Below, one piece after another: positions 26,428-36,112 of a DNA stretch of 46,958 nucleotides. The translations under genes and the position numbers were made by a program. This DNA comes from a virus: the IMG/VR virus record IMGVR_UViG_3300042731_006922, positions 1-46,958 of that record, one strand, 5' to 3'. Every line of letters begins with the position of its first letter. Position 1 is the first letter of the stretch. The notes beneath the pieces are model-generated. The model was not told the DNA's origin, made no database searches, and saw nothing but the letters and a program-made list of their open reading frames with translations.

Positions 26428-26660
26428 AAAGGGTAAATTTTGCCCATTACCGAACATCTTATAAAGGTAGAACTGCCGAAGAGTTAAACGTACATCCCCT
26501 TATATCTTATTTAGTTAATGGAAAGATGGCAACATTATATGAATTACAAACCATATACAATTTTGCAGATCTTTTTATTTTAAAAGAAATATTAGATATA
26601 CAGTTAGAAGCCGAATATATAGCAGCACAAAAAAGAAAAAGGAAAAGTAAAAGTGGCTAA
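26376..26660 (+). CDS. -1 frame extension of the tail chaperone (GT-like product)
   Basis: Overlapping ORF in the -1 frame relative to 26008-26427. It has no convincing SD of its own and ends inside the tape measure start region. Confidence 0.45.
   Translation: MECGSIYSRGKSRNGGVKRVNFAHYRTSYKGRTAEELNVHPLISYLVNGKMATLYELQTIYNFADLFILKEILDIQLEAEYIAAQKRKRKSKSG
26418..26422 (+). other. G5 run, candidate -1 slippery site
   Basis: ATG GGG GAG TAA. Gly-tRNA on GGG (26419-26421) can re-pair on 26418-20, two codons before the stop. Confidence 0.35.
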
Positions 26661-28176
26661 TACAATTATTGAAAATTTAATAACAACACTAACTTTTAAT
26701 ACAAATGAAAGAATACTATTAAAGTTTAGTAAAGGTATTGAAAAAATTTTCTTACAATTAGAGGCCATGGTTAAGTTTGCCACTAATGCTGCTCGATCTA
26801 TATTTGATTTTACAGAAAATGTTGCTGTTACAAATGATCAAATAGGCAAACTAGCGCAAAGATTAGGAATTGATGTTAAAGCCCTACAAGAATTGGGTTT
26901 TGTAGCTGAGTTAAACGGCGCTTCTATAGAATCTATGAACTCCGCTCTTGAAAGTATATCACAAACAATAGCAGACGCTGCAAGGGGAATGGGAGATGGT
27001 GTTGAAACATTCGGAATTTTAGGTATTTCTGTCACTGACGCGGAGGGTCGTTTAAGAAGTGCTGATGATATGCTCCTTAATATAGCCGATTCTATAGCTA
27101 TGTTATCCACTCAAGCAGAGAGGGCGGCTTTTGCTCAACGATTAGGTATTAGTGGACAGTTACTATTAGCAATACAACAAGGTAGTGCAGCTATAAGAGA
27201 ACAACGAAAAGAAGCTGAAGGATTAAATTTCGCAATAGGGGTGGAGGGCGCTCAAGCTGCGGCTGACTTTAATGATGATTTATTAAGATTAAGAAGAATA
27301 CTTTTAGGTATAAGAAACCTTATAGCTACAAGATTAATGGCAGCTATTGAACCTATGATAGAAATGTGGGTGAAATGGTTAAAGACTAATAACCTTTTAA
27401 TAAGACAAGGTATTAATAGATTCATTGATATGACAATGAATTCCTTGTTTATATTACGTAACATACTTGCCAGGGTTGTATCTTTAGTCGAATTCGGGGT
27501 AAACGCCATAGGGGGATGGGAGAATGGTATTAAAGCATTAACGGCAGCACTATTAATTTTAAATCGTGCATTAATAAAGCCTCTTTTAGTATTAGCTGGA
27601 TTTATTGGATTCTTAATATTATTAGATGATTTAAAAACCTTTGCTGAGGGCGGCGATAGTGCAATAGGAAATTTAATAGAAAGATTTCCATCATTAAGCA
27701 AACCTATTAATTTATTACTAAAAATTTTAAGTAAAGTAGCTGAAGGATGGAATTTGATTTTTACAGAAGGTGATAGAGCGATAGAAGGTTTAATTGCTTT
27801 AACTAGAGATCTTAAGGATTATACTATACAAGCTTATGATGATATAAGAGATCATATATTAGAAACGTTTGATGAAATATCAGAACGATATGAAATACTT
27901 GTTATGGATGTCAGAGATTTATTAAATAAATTACCTTGGGTAAACATCCAACCAGAGGGACCTGCACTTATAGCACCCGTAGGAGCTGGTGTTTTACGAG
28001 CAGCGGGCTTTGGAGAAACTATAAATAATACAACAAATAATAATACTTCAAATCCTAATATATCTATTTCAATCAACGGAAATAATGAATCAGAAATGAG
28101 ACAAACTTTATATCAAATATTAAATGAGCAGTACCAAGCTGCAATTGGTAATTTAAGTTCCGAGAAAGCTTACTAA
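26653..28176 (+). CDS. tail tape measure protein
   Basis: 507 aa. N-terminal LAQRLGIDVKALQELGFVAELNGASIESMNSAL pattern. Central hydrophobic segments. Position fits. Confidence 0.8.
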   Translation: MANTIIENLITTLTFNTNERILLKFSKGIEKIFLQLEAMVKFATNAARSIFDFTENVAVTNDQIGKLAQRLGIDVKALQELGFVAELNGASIESMNSALESISQTIADAARGMGDGVETFGILGISVTDAEGRLRSADDMLLNIADSIAMLSTQAERAAFAQRLGISGQLLLAIQQGSAAIREQRKEAEGLNFAIGVEGAQAAADFNDDLLRLRRILLGIRNLIATRLMAAIEPMIEMWVKWLKTNNLLIRQGINRFIDMTMNSLFILRNILARVVSLVEFGVNAIGGWENGIKALTAALLILNRALIKPLLVLAGFIGFLILLDDLKTFAEGGDSAIGNLIERFPSLSKPINLLLKILSKVAEGWNLIFTEGDRAIEGLIALTRDLKDYTIQAYDDIRDHILETFDEISERYEILVMDVRDLLNKLPWVNIQPEGPALIAPVGAGVLRAAGFGETINNTTNNNTSNPNISISINGNNESEMRQTLYQILNEQYQAAIGNLSSEKAY

Positions 28177-28703
28177 TGGCTGACTTTCAAATATTATTTA
28201 AAAAAGGTAATTTTATTCAAAATATTGAAATAGACGCATTTATAGTTGAAACCGCGTCAGCTTCGGCAACTGTTACCACTAATCCTGTGGAAAAAGGTGC
28301 AGATATAAGTGATCATATTATCATTAATCCTATTACAATTACAGTACAAGGTATAGTTAGTAATGCAAGTTCAAGTTTAATAAGAACTATTACATCATTT
28401 AATACAGTAACAGATAAAACCAGAAATCAAACAACATGGGATAGTTTACTTGAACTACATGCAAGTAGAAAATTATTTACTTTAGCTCAAAATTTAAAGG
28501 CATATGATGACGTAGCTCTTACAGCTCTTAATACAGTACAAGATAAAAATACATCAAATGCCTTAGTATTTAATGCTACATTTACACAAATAAATATAGT
28601 AGGTACAGGAACAATAGAAGCCGCCACCTTTACAGAAGAAGATATTGAAGATCAAGCAAGCACTCAAATTCAAGGCGGATTAAAACAGTTAGGTGAACCC
28701 TAA
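28176..28703 (+). CDS. tail-tip or baseplate protein (putative)
   Basis: Gene order only (first gene after the tape measure). Confidence 0.45.
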   Translation: MADFQILFKKGNFIQNIEIDAFIVETASASATVTTNPVEKGADISDHIIINPITITVQGIVSNASSSLIRTITSFNTVTDKTRNQTTWDSLLELHASRKLFTLAQNLKAYDDVALTALNTVQDKNTSNALVFNATFTQINIVGTGTIEAATFTEEDIEDQASTQIQGGLKQLGEP

Positions 28704-28993
28704 TGGAATTAATTGGAACATTGCCGGTTACATCTAATCCGGATGAAGTATATAATATAGTAATATTAGATACAGTTTATTCAATACGACAATTATATAA
28801 TACACTAGGATTTTGGACTTTAAGTATATCAGACGAAGATCTAAACCCGATTATTACCGGAATAAAAGTGGTAGCTGGAATTTTTATATTAAATCAATAT
28901 CCTCAAATTAGGTTTAATTTATATATACGAGATGAAATAGAACCCACACGAGATAATTTTGATAAATTAATTATAGAGGTATACAGCAAATAA
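28703..28993 (+). CDS. small baseplate-associated protein (putative)
   Basis: Gene order; ATG overlaps the upstream stop codon by one base (TAATG junction). Confidence 0.45.
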   Translation: MELIGTLPVTSNPDEVYNIVILDTVYSIRQLYNTLGFWTLSISDEDLNPIITGIKVVAGIFILNQYPQIRFNLYIRDEIEPTRDNFDKLIIEVYSK

Positions 28994-29844
28994 TGTATTT
29001 AAGAAGCGCAAGACTTGAAACATCCACTATAAGTATTGAGGATTTACGAATAAGTTTTAGAGTAGAAAAATCCTTGATTGGATATCCAAATTTAGCTACT
29101 ATAAGAATTTATAATTTAAGTGAATCAACTAGACAAGAAATAAAAGAAGAAGGATTGTTAGTAAGATTATATGCTGGTTATGATACTACTCCATTATTAT
29201 TTTCAGGAGATATTATTAATGTCATACATCGATATGAGCAACCTGATTGGGTAACAGAAATTTATGGTGGAGATACTTTTAGATCTTGGAATACCTCTAC
29301 AATTAATACAACATTGACAGCAGGAGCCACACAAGAGCAGATATATGATACTTTAGTCGGTTCTCTTATTGGAGTTATTAAAGGCATTACTGAAGGGCTT
29401 ACACGATGTATAACAGGAAAAAGATCGCTCGCACGTACATTTCAATTGAGTGGAAGTATAAAAGAAGGGTTAAGAGTATTAACAGAGCAATGAGGTTTTG
29501 ATTATTCTATCAATGAAGGTATCATTGAAACTACAACTAAAGATCAACCACTTACTGATGTACCTGTAGTAATAATAAATCAAAAATCTGGAATGATAGG
29601 ATCGCCGGAAAGAACTGATATCGGAGTAACAGTGAAGAATTTACTTTTACCTGAGCTTAAACTTGCAAGACGAATTAAAATAGAAAGTTTAACAGAAAAA
29701 ATAAATATAGGTAATTTAAATTTTAGAGAAGTCCCACCCATTCGTAATGAAGGAGTATACCGAATAGATAAATTAGTTCATGAAGGGGATACACGAGGAA
29801 ATATATGGCAAACAACTATAACGGGAAGAAATTTTAATGTCTGA
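28993..29844 (+). CDS. baseplate hub protein (XkdQ / Mu gp44 / P2 gpD-like) interrupted by an in-frame TGA at 29491-29493
   Basis: Track ORFs 28993-29493 and 29593-29844 share one frame. The 99 nt between them have no stop. The ATG at 29593 has no SD. Combined length is 283 codons. Confidence 0.6.
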
Positions 29845-30475
29845 TACGAGAGTAAGTTTAGAAAGAGCCATACAAACAGGTATAGATAGTGCTTTAAAAG
29901 AAGTTTTTACGGTACTTCCCGCTATAGTAACTAAAGTCGTATCTCCTCAAATTATAGAGTGTCAACCCACTATTAAGATAAAAATAAACAATATAGTATC
30001 TAATTTACCCTTACTATTAGAAGTCCCTTTAAGATTCTTTAGAACTGCTAATTTTGCAATAACTATACCTATTCAAGTCAATGATTATGTAGCTGTTTTC
30101 TTTTGTCAAAGATCATTAGATACATGGTTAAATGAGGGGGATATACAGGACCCTCAAGATATTAGAAGGCATAGTATAAGTGATGGTTTTGCTATACCTT
30201 GTATGTATCCTAATAATGATCTTGTTGAGAATGTAAGTTCTACAGATTTACAAATAAGAAATATAGATAATACTGCTTATATTAGTCTATCTCCTGAAGG
30301 ATTGATAACTTTAAATGCTCCTGCACAAGGTGTTCAATTAAACGGAGATTTATCTATTACTGGAGTAATAACAGGATCTAATGTTTTTGGCGGTTCTGAT
30401 AGTGATGAGCATAAACATACTCAAGGTAATGATAGCGATAATGATATAGAAGTTCCCACAGACCCGCCTTTTTAG
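29837..30475 (+). CDS. baseplate central spike or plug protein (gpV / Gp138-like)
   Basis: SDGFAIPCMYP pattern; C-terminal HKH (HxH) apex-like motif; position after the hub gene. Confidence 0.55.
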   Translation: MSDTRVSLERAIQTGIDSALKEVFTVLPAIVTKVVSPQIIECQPTIKIKINNIVSNLPLLLEVPLRFFRTANFAITIPIQVNDYVAVFFCQRSLDTWLNEGDIQDPQDIRRHSISDGFAIPCMYPNNDLVENVSSTDLQIRNIDNTAYISLSPEGLITLNAPAQGVQLNGDLSITGVITGSNVFGGSDSDEHKHTQGNDSDNDIEVPTDPPF

Positions 30476-30483
30476 AGGTTAGT

Positions 30484-30921
30484 ATGGTAGATATTTATTT
30501 TAATGAAAATTATGATATGACTCTTTTAAATAGAGATATGCGCATTACCACTGAGTCTGAAATTGTAGCGCAACGTCTTGAAACTCGTTTACAATTTATC
30601 TTTGGAGAATGGTTTTTAGATACTTCACAGGGTTTACCTTACCCACAAAATATATTTGAAGAAGGATTATTAAATACTGATGCCTTATACGCTTTATTTA
30701 GAACTGAAATAGCTAATACTCCTGGTGTGACTAATATTAATTCATTAACTCTTGATATAAATAGAGATGAAAGAGAATTAACTATAAATCTTGAGGTTAA
30801 TGATGGGGTTACGGTAGTTATTACACCTTTTAGTACAGCAGAACAGCCTGTATGGATACTTGCTGCAGGGGTGTGGAATGATGAAGGTACATGGATTGAT
30901 TCAGCTTTATGGATCGAATAG
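30484..30921 (+). CDS. baseplate wedge protein (gp25/W-like, DUF2634/XkdS-like)
   Basis: IFGEWFLDTSQGLPY motif; directly upstream of the baseplate J gene. Confidence 0.6.
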   Translation: MVDIYFNENYDMTLLNRDMRITTESEIVAQRLETRLQFIFGEWFLDTSQGLPYPQNIFEEGLLNTDALYALFRTEIANTPGVTNINSLTLDINRDERELTINLEVNDGVTVVITPFSTAEQPVWILAAGVWNDEGTWIDSALWIE

Positions 30922-30930
30922 GGGGTTGTT

Positions 30931-32097
30931 ATGGCTTTTGGATTAACTGAAACAGGTTTTAATAGAAAAACACTTATTGAAATAAAAACAGATATTGAAA
31001 ATAGGTTAAAAGCAATTCCTGAATTTGGCCCAAACATTGACCTAGATCCTCAAAGTAAATTCGGGCAACAAGTAGGTATTTTTTCCGAGGCTTTTTCTGA
31101 TAGGTGGCAAACTGCGGAAGATATTTATAACTCCCAATATCCTTCAACAGCTTCAGGAGCTGCTTTAGCTAATGTTGTCCAATACAATGGAATAAAAAAA
31201 CAAGAAGCTGCTTTCTCCACTATTGAAGAGGTTGTATTAACGGGAACCCCTGGTACTTTTATTGAGCAAGGGAGCCAAGCGTCAGTAGTTTCAACGGGCT
31301 CAAGATTTGCCACCGATGAGGACGCAGAAATAGGTATAGGGGGTACTGTAACCGTTTCTATGACCGCTGTTCTGACTGGTCCTATAGCTGCCGCTGCCGG
31401 GACTCTTACCGTTATTGAATCCCCTACATTTGGATGGACGGCTGTAAATAATATCACTGACGCTGAAATTGGTCGAAATGAAGAGGAGGACCCAGAATTA
31501 AGAATACGTCGTGAAGTTTCCGTTGCTGCGTCTGGACAAAATAATATTGATGCGTTATTTGGTCAATTAAGTAATTTAAATAACGTAGTTGACGTTGTAA
31601 TAATTGATAATAAAGATTCTGAAACAGATGAGTATGGAGTACCTCCTAATCGGTTTGAAAGTATAATTCAGGGGGGCGCTGAGGAAGATATTACTGCTAT
31701 TATTTGGACGAATACAACGACCGGAATTAAGTCACATGGAGATATAACGGTAATAATACAAGATTCTCAAGGGTTTGATCAAGAGGTAAGTTATTCAAGA
31801 CCGATTGAAATACCTATTTATTTTTCTTTAACAATAACAGTAAATGAGTTTTTTCCTATAGATGGAGAAGATCAGTTAAAAGAAAATATAGTAACATATG
31901 GAGAAGATACTTTTAAGATTGGAGATGATGTTATTTATATTCAATTTTTTACTCCTATTAATGAAGTACCTGGAATAGTGACTTTAGATTTAAGAATAGG
32001 TACAACGCCTTCTCCTACCGGTACCGCTAATATAGAAATAGATTTAACTGAACTTAGTACATATTCAATAACTAATGTGGGGGTAACAATTGTCTGA
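30931..32097 (+). CDS. baseplate J-like protein
   Basis: 388 aa; EEDPELRIRREVS motif; position. Confidence 0.75.
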   Translation: MAFGLTETGFNRKTLIEIKTDIENRLKAIPEFGPNIDLDPQSKFGQQVGIFSEAFSDRWQTAEDIYNSQYPSTASGAALANVVQYNGIKKQEAAFSTIEEVVLTGTPGTFIEQGSQASVVSTGSRFATDEDAEIGIGGTVTVSMTAVLTGPIAAAAGTLTVIESPTFGWTAVNNITDAEIGRNEEEDPELRIRREVSVAASGQNNIDALFGQLSNLNNVVDVVIIDNKDSETDEYGVPPNRFESIIQGGAEEDITAIIWTNTTTGIKSHGDITVIIQDSQGFDQEVSYSRPIEIPIYFSLTITVNEFFPIDGEDQLKENIVTYGEDTFKIGDDVIYIQFFTPINEVPGIVTLDLRIGTTPSPTGTANIEIDLTELSTYSITNVGVTIV

Positions 32098-32650
32098 AAC
32101 ACCAAGTGAAAAAGCAATAAATAGATTAGCTTATCAATTTAAAAATAGCACTACTTATAAATTGTATTTAGAGGCTTTTTTAGCTGAACAAGATGAACTT
32201 GCTTTAGTCGAAACTCAATTAAGGGAATTAAGATATTTAGATACAGCTTTTGGCGCACAGTTAGACGGAATCGGCGAAATAGTGGGGATAAGTAGACCCA
32301 CTGGTTATACTGATGAGCAGTATCTTTTTGTTATAAAAGTAAAAATACTCTCAAATTCTACTAATATGAATATTGAAAATTTTATAGAATTAATAGCATT
32401 TGTATTTGGTCCGGGGATACGTTACAGATTAGCGGCTAATTTAAGCCCTATTTTTTATATTGAGTTTCCTATTTCTGCTGAAGCTGAATTTGCTTTTAAT
32501 TTACTACCCACTCCTTTAGGTATAGATATTAAATATGTATATGCCCCTGACCCTGATACAACGTTTTCTTTTGCTGAGGACCCTACCGGATTGGGTTATG
32601 GGGTTAGTACAGATCCAACTATAGGCGGCAACTATGCAAAATTATTATAA
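32090..32650 (+). CDS. baseplate/tail protein (XkdU / Mu gp48 position)
   Basis: Gene order; overlaps the J-like gene. Confidence 0.5.
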   Translation: MSETPSEKAINRLAYQFKNSTTYKLYLEAFLAEQDELALVETQLRELRYLDTAFGAQLDGIGEIVGISRPTGYTDEQYLFVIKVKILSNSTNMNIENFIELIAFVFGPGIRYRLAANLSPIFYIEFPISAEAEFAFNLLPTPLGIDIKYVYAPDPDTTFSFAEDPTGLGYGVSTDPTIGGNYAKLL

Positions 32651-32663
32651 TGAGGTATAATTC

Positions 32664-34172
32664 ATGGCAAAACCTGATACATTACCAGAATGGGATACAA
32701 CCGAAGTAAACCTTACTGAGGCAGATATAGCTCATAAGGAACAAGGTCATATATTTACAGCCGGTGTTCCAGAAAAACCTCCTGCCGATTTTTCAAATTG
32801 GTATCAAAATCTTGTATATAAATGGATTTTGCATTTAAGTCAAAGTAAAGTATATACTCATTACATTACTTCACAAGTTGAATTTGACACTGTTTTTGAT
32901 GGATCTACAATTTCAGATACTACTATATATATGTTACAAGGAAATTATACTCTTAATAATCAAATACCTGTTGGCAGTAATGTATTAATTGATTCAGATC
33001 CAGGAACTATAATAACAAGAGGTAGCGGTACGGATGGATTTTTATTACAAGGGACTGCTCTATCATATATTGAAAATGTACAATTTACACGTAATTGGGA
33101 ATTAAACGGTAATGCTATTGTAACTTCTGTATCAATTATAGGTTTAGATTACGTAAAAAATTCAATATTTCATTGTTATGTCACTAATGTTGTAAAAAAC
33201 ACTGGTTCAGGAGGAGCTTATAATGATTCAAATGGATTTTCTTTTGGTTTATCTATAGAGAATATATCTAATTGTCAAGCGCCTTCTGGCGGGGCTGTTA
33301 GCGGACTTTCACAAGGATTTATTTCACCAACAGTACCGGATGTTTCCAGTTCAATTAAAAATATTTACGATTGTTCAGCAACCTCAGGAGGTGGAGGTGG
33401 TTGTAATAATATAAGATTTTGTAGGATAGAAAATATCTATAATTGTAGCGCCCCAGGCAATGGTGGGGGTCTATCTTCAGTACAATTTTGTAATATTAAA
33501 AATATTTATAGTAATACAGCTACTTTAGCAGGGGGAGGTATATCTACTGCATTTTATTGTGTAATTGATCAGATTTATAATAATGAAGCGGGTACTTTCG
33601 GTGGAGGTATCAGTTCCGCAGATTTTTGTGCTATTTCAAATATTAGAGGTAATGATGCAATAGCAAATTCAGGGGGAGGCCTTTCTAACTGTAATAGTTG
33701 TACAATTATTAATGTATTTAATAATACCTCACAAACAACTGGAGGAGGATTACACACATGTGATTTTTGTAAAATTAGTAATGTAGCTTTTAACACTGCT
33801 ACTACAGGCGCCGCTCATGCAATTGCATTAAGTACTAATTGTTCAATAAGTCAAGTGAATAATAACGGCGCAGGTAACCTTAATTATGCTATTGATTTAT
33901 GTCCAGATAGTAATATATCGTTAGTTTATGGCAATAGTTGTGGGGGAGTATCTAACAGCAATAATTGTACCCTTATAGATATATACAGTAATAATACATC
34001 AAGTGGAGGGGGAGGTGCCGATACTTGTACTGATATAGTGGCTTTAGGAAATTGGCAAGCAAATATAGGAACTCCAAATAACACAATAAATAATTCTAGT
34101 GGACTTACATTGTTAATACAGACACCAGGTCTCCAAAATTTTAATTCAACTAATGTAGCTCTTAATTTTTAA
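32664..34172 (+). CDS. tail fibre or receptor-binding protein with a beta-helix-type GGG(L/I)S repeat array
   Basis: 502 aa. About 20-25-aa periodic units (NIYNCSAPGNGGGLSS, NIYSNTATLAGGGIST, QIYNNEAGTFGGGISS and so on) reminiscent of Pmp-type GGAI/FxxN repeats. Last large structural gene. Confidence 0.6.
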   Translation: MAKPDTLPEWDTTEVNLTEADIAHKEQGHIFTAGVPEKPPADFSNWYQNLVYKWILHLSQSKVYTHYITSQVEFDTVFDGSTISDTTIYMLQGNYTLNNQIPVGSNVLIDSDPGTIITRGSGTDGFLLQGTALSYIENVQFTRNWELNGNAIVTSVSIIGLDYVKNSIFHCYVTNVVKNTGSGGAYNDSNGFSFGLSIENISNCQAPSGGAVSGLSQGFISPTVPDVSSSIKNIYDCSATSGGGGGCNNIRFCRIENIYNCSAPGNGGGLSSVQFCNIKNIYSNTATLAGGGISTAFYCVIDQIYNNEAGTFGGGISSADFCAISNIRGNDAIANSGGGLSNCNSCTIINVFNNTSQTTGGGLHTCDFCKISNVAFNTATTGAAHAIALSTNCSISQVNNNGAGNLNYAIDLCPDSNISLVYGNSCGGVSNSNNCTLIDIYSNNTSSGGGGADTCTDIVALGNWQANIGTPNNTINNSSGLTLLIQTPGLQNFNSTNVALNF

Positions 34173-34188
34173 TTAAAAAGGAATATGT

Positions 34189-34611
34189 ATGACATCGAAT
34201 GAAACTGATAATGGAATAGAAAAACCCTTGAATAGAGGGGCAACTTCTGATCGAAGAATGCCCCGTGATGAAAAATCTAAAATTGGAGCACCCCCTGAAG
34301 TCGGTATTCCTGGAAGTATTAAAAAACCAAATTTTGAATTTAATAATAATTTTACAAATTCTAAATTATTTATAGATGATTTTAAAAATACTATTAAAAA
34401 AGCTGTAAAAGAAGGTATTGACGAGAGTAAAAACGGGTTTTATATTAAACCTGAATTGCATTACAATCATCATAAAGAAATTGGAAAATTATTTGAAACC
34501 ATAAAAGACACTGGTAGGACTATCCGAAAAGTTGCAACAACAGTTTTGATCACCGCTGCATTAGGTTTGCTTGCTTCTGGAGTTGTATATTATATATCTA
34601 AAGGAATTTAA
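34189..34611 (+). CDS. C-terminally membrane-anchored protein (lysis-cassette position)
   Basis: 140 aa; hydrophobic C-terminus VATTVLITAALGLLASGVVYYI. Confidence 0.45.
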   Translation: MTSNETDNGIEKPLNRGATSDRRMPRDEKSKIGAPPEVGIPGSIKKPNFEFNNNFTNSKLFIDDFKNTIKKAVKEGIDESKNGFYIKPELHYNHHKEIGKLFETIKDTGRTIRKVATTVLITAALGLLASGVVYYISKGI

Positions 34612-34616
34612 TAGTA

Positions 34617-34814
34617 ATGCAAAAAGAACTTATATCAAGATTAGTTGGACTTTTAATTACAAATGTATTAACAAAAGAACTCATTATACTTTTAACTAAA
34701 AATGTAATTATTTTTATAGAAGAACATGTAAAAGGTACAGCTTCAGAAGTCGATGATGCTATAGCGATACCTATATGTAATATGCTTAGATCTGCCCTTA
34801 ATATCCCTGATTAA
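34617..34814 (+). CDS. small hydrophobic protein (lysis-cassette position)
   Basis: 65 aa; last plus-strand ORF. Confidence 0.4.
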   Translation: MQKELISRLVGLLITNVLTKELIILLTKNVIIFIEEHVKGTASEVDDAIAIPICNMLRSALNIPD

Positions 34815-34826
34815 GGGCATTTTAAA

Positions 34827-34850
34827 GGGTAGTTAGATCACTAACTACCC
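34827..34850. terminator. Hairpin at the convergence point of the two transcription blocks
   Basis: 10-bp perfect stem GGGTAGTTAG/CTAACTACCC with a 4-nt loop, between the stops at 34814 (+) and 34887 (-). Confidence 0.65.
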
Positions 34851-34886
34851 CTTATATTTCCCACTCGTACTCTTTGTAACTGGAGT

Positions 34887-35147
34887 CTATGGCTTCTCAG
34901 TATCCCATAGATTCCAGTTTAAAACCTCAACTTCGTCATTATCTAATATACCGTGTTTTTTATTATTATAAAAATTAGTATGTTTTCCATCTTGCCAAAT
35001 GATCATTACATCATCATCAAAAATTGTGAATAAATTTCGTGTAAATTTTAAAGCAATACCTGTGATATCTTTTTTAATATGTTTAAGTAATACAGCGCAA
35101 TGTTCGTTTTTTTCTTCAAGTAGTTCTATTAACTGATTATAAGTCAT
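34887..35147 (-). CDS. hypothetical protein
   Basis: Start set at ATG 35147 after GGAGG. Confidence 0.5.
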   Translation of the reverse strand: MTYNQLIELLEEKNEHCAVLLKHIKKDITGIALKFTRNLFTIFDDDVMIIWQDGKHTNFYNNKKHGILDNDEVEVLNWNLWDTEKP

Positions 35148-35490
35148 TTTTCCTCCAAGCGTGTTTTTCAACTACTTTGTTTAAATGATTCAATAATTCT
35201 TCATAAGTTTCAGCCTGATATATAATATAATTGTAATTATCAATATAAGCCATCGCCTCTCTCATAGTGGAAAAACCATTTTTATTATTAAATTTAATGA
35301 TATCTTCTTGAAGTTCAAAAAAATTTTCATATTGATTACCTGTACTTGCCCAGTAATATTTTTCATATTGTCCGTATTGTCCTAAAATGAATTTACGAAA
35401 AGTATTACCTTGAAGAAAACCGTAATAATAATCATCTTTACAATGTGATATAGTTATTGAATCAGGTGTTACTATAACTTTTTTAATCAT
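35137..35490 (-). CDS. hypothetical protein, paralog of 36358-36678
   Basis: Shared YYYGF, GFST and (E/K)TY(E/R)E(L/F) motifs. Confidence 0.55.
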   Translation of the reverse strand: MIKKVIVTPDSITISHCKDDYYYGFLQGNTFRKFILGQYGQYEKYYWASTGNQYENFFELQEDIIKFNNKNGFSTMREAMAYIDNYNYIIYQAETYEELLNHLNKVVEKHAWRKNDL

Positions 35491-35492
35491 TT

Positions 35493-35897
35493 TTAACTCT
35501 CATATTGATTTCGAGCATGTTCGTTATAAAATTCAGCATCATCTAATGCGTGATCATATTTTTTATTAAATTCTTTCAATTCTTGAGTCAAATAAGCTAA
35601 TATATTATAAATATCTTCTATATCTTTATTAACTAATGAATATCCTGTTCTTAATTTATATATATAGGAACGTACATTCTCTTCATTTTGAAATTTATTT
35701 GATTTATAATACATGTAAAGTGCCCTTTCACGTAATACCTCCATCTTATCACTTAAATCCTTATCTAATTCTATCATTCTATTATGTAGTTCATTATACA
35801 TTTGAACCTGACTTTTACGCATAAGAATAGATATAAATATATTTATTACACATACTATTGCTATTATTATTACTAAACTATTCACTATTCTCTCCAT
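35493..35897 (-). CDS. N-terminally membrane-anchored protein
   Basis: 134 aa; hydrophobic segment LVIIIAIVCVINIFISILM. Confidence 0.5.
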   Translation of the reverse strand: MERIVNSLVIIIAIVCVINIFISILMRKSQVQMYNELHNRMIELDKDLSDKMEVLRERALYMYYKSNKFQNEENVRSYIYKLRTGYSLVNKDIEDIYNILAYLTQELKEFNKKYDHALDDAEFYNEHARNQYES

Positions 35898-36112
35898 TTT
35901 TTATTTTTAAAATCATAAGGTACGATAACCTCGTCATTAGGTACAACTATACAACTATCCATAAAAACACCCATCAGCTTACTGCCGAATTTAACTTTGA
36001 GTTTCATTAGTTGTTCTACTTGTTCTGGTGTATAATTTAAATCTTTAAGGGTTTTTATAGCAGCCATAGCTTTAGAATCATCATAAATATTTTTTTCTTC
36101 ACTCATTTTCAA
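35885..36112 (-). CDS. hypothetical protein (75 aa)
   Basis: ORF in operon context. Confidence 0.5.
   Translation of the reverse strand: MKMSEEKNIYDDSKAMAAIKTLKDLNYTPEQVEQLMKLKVKFGSKLMGVFMDSCIVVPNDEVIVPYDFKNKKWRE

Noticed and set aside
4554-34814. Global stop-codon reassignment (TGA as sense, code 4 or 25) for the whole phage
   Set aside because: Standard-code translation gives long uninterrupted ORFs (799, 1369, 507, 502 aa). TGA, TAG and TAA all appear at plausible gene ends. Only one in-frame TGA was found (29491). Reassignment in the host cannot be excluded, so that single case is kept as a finding.
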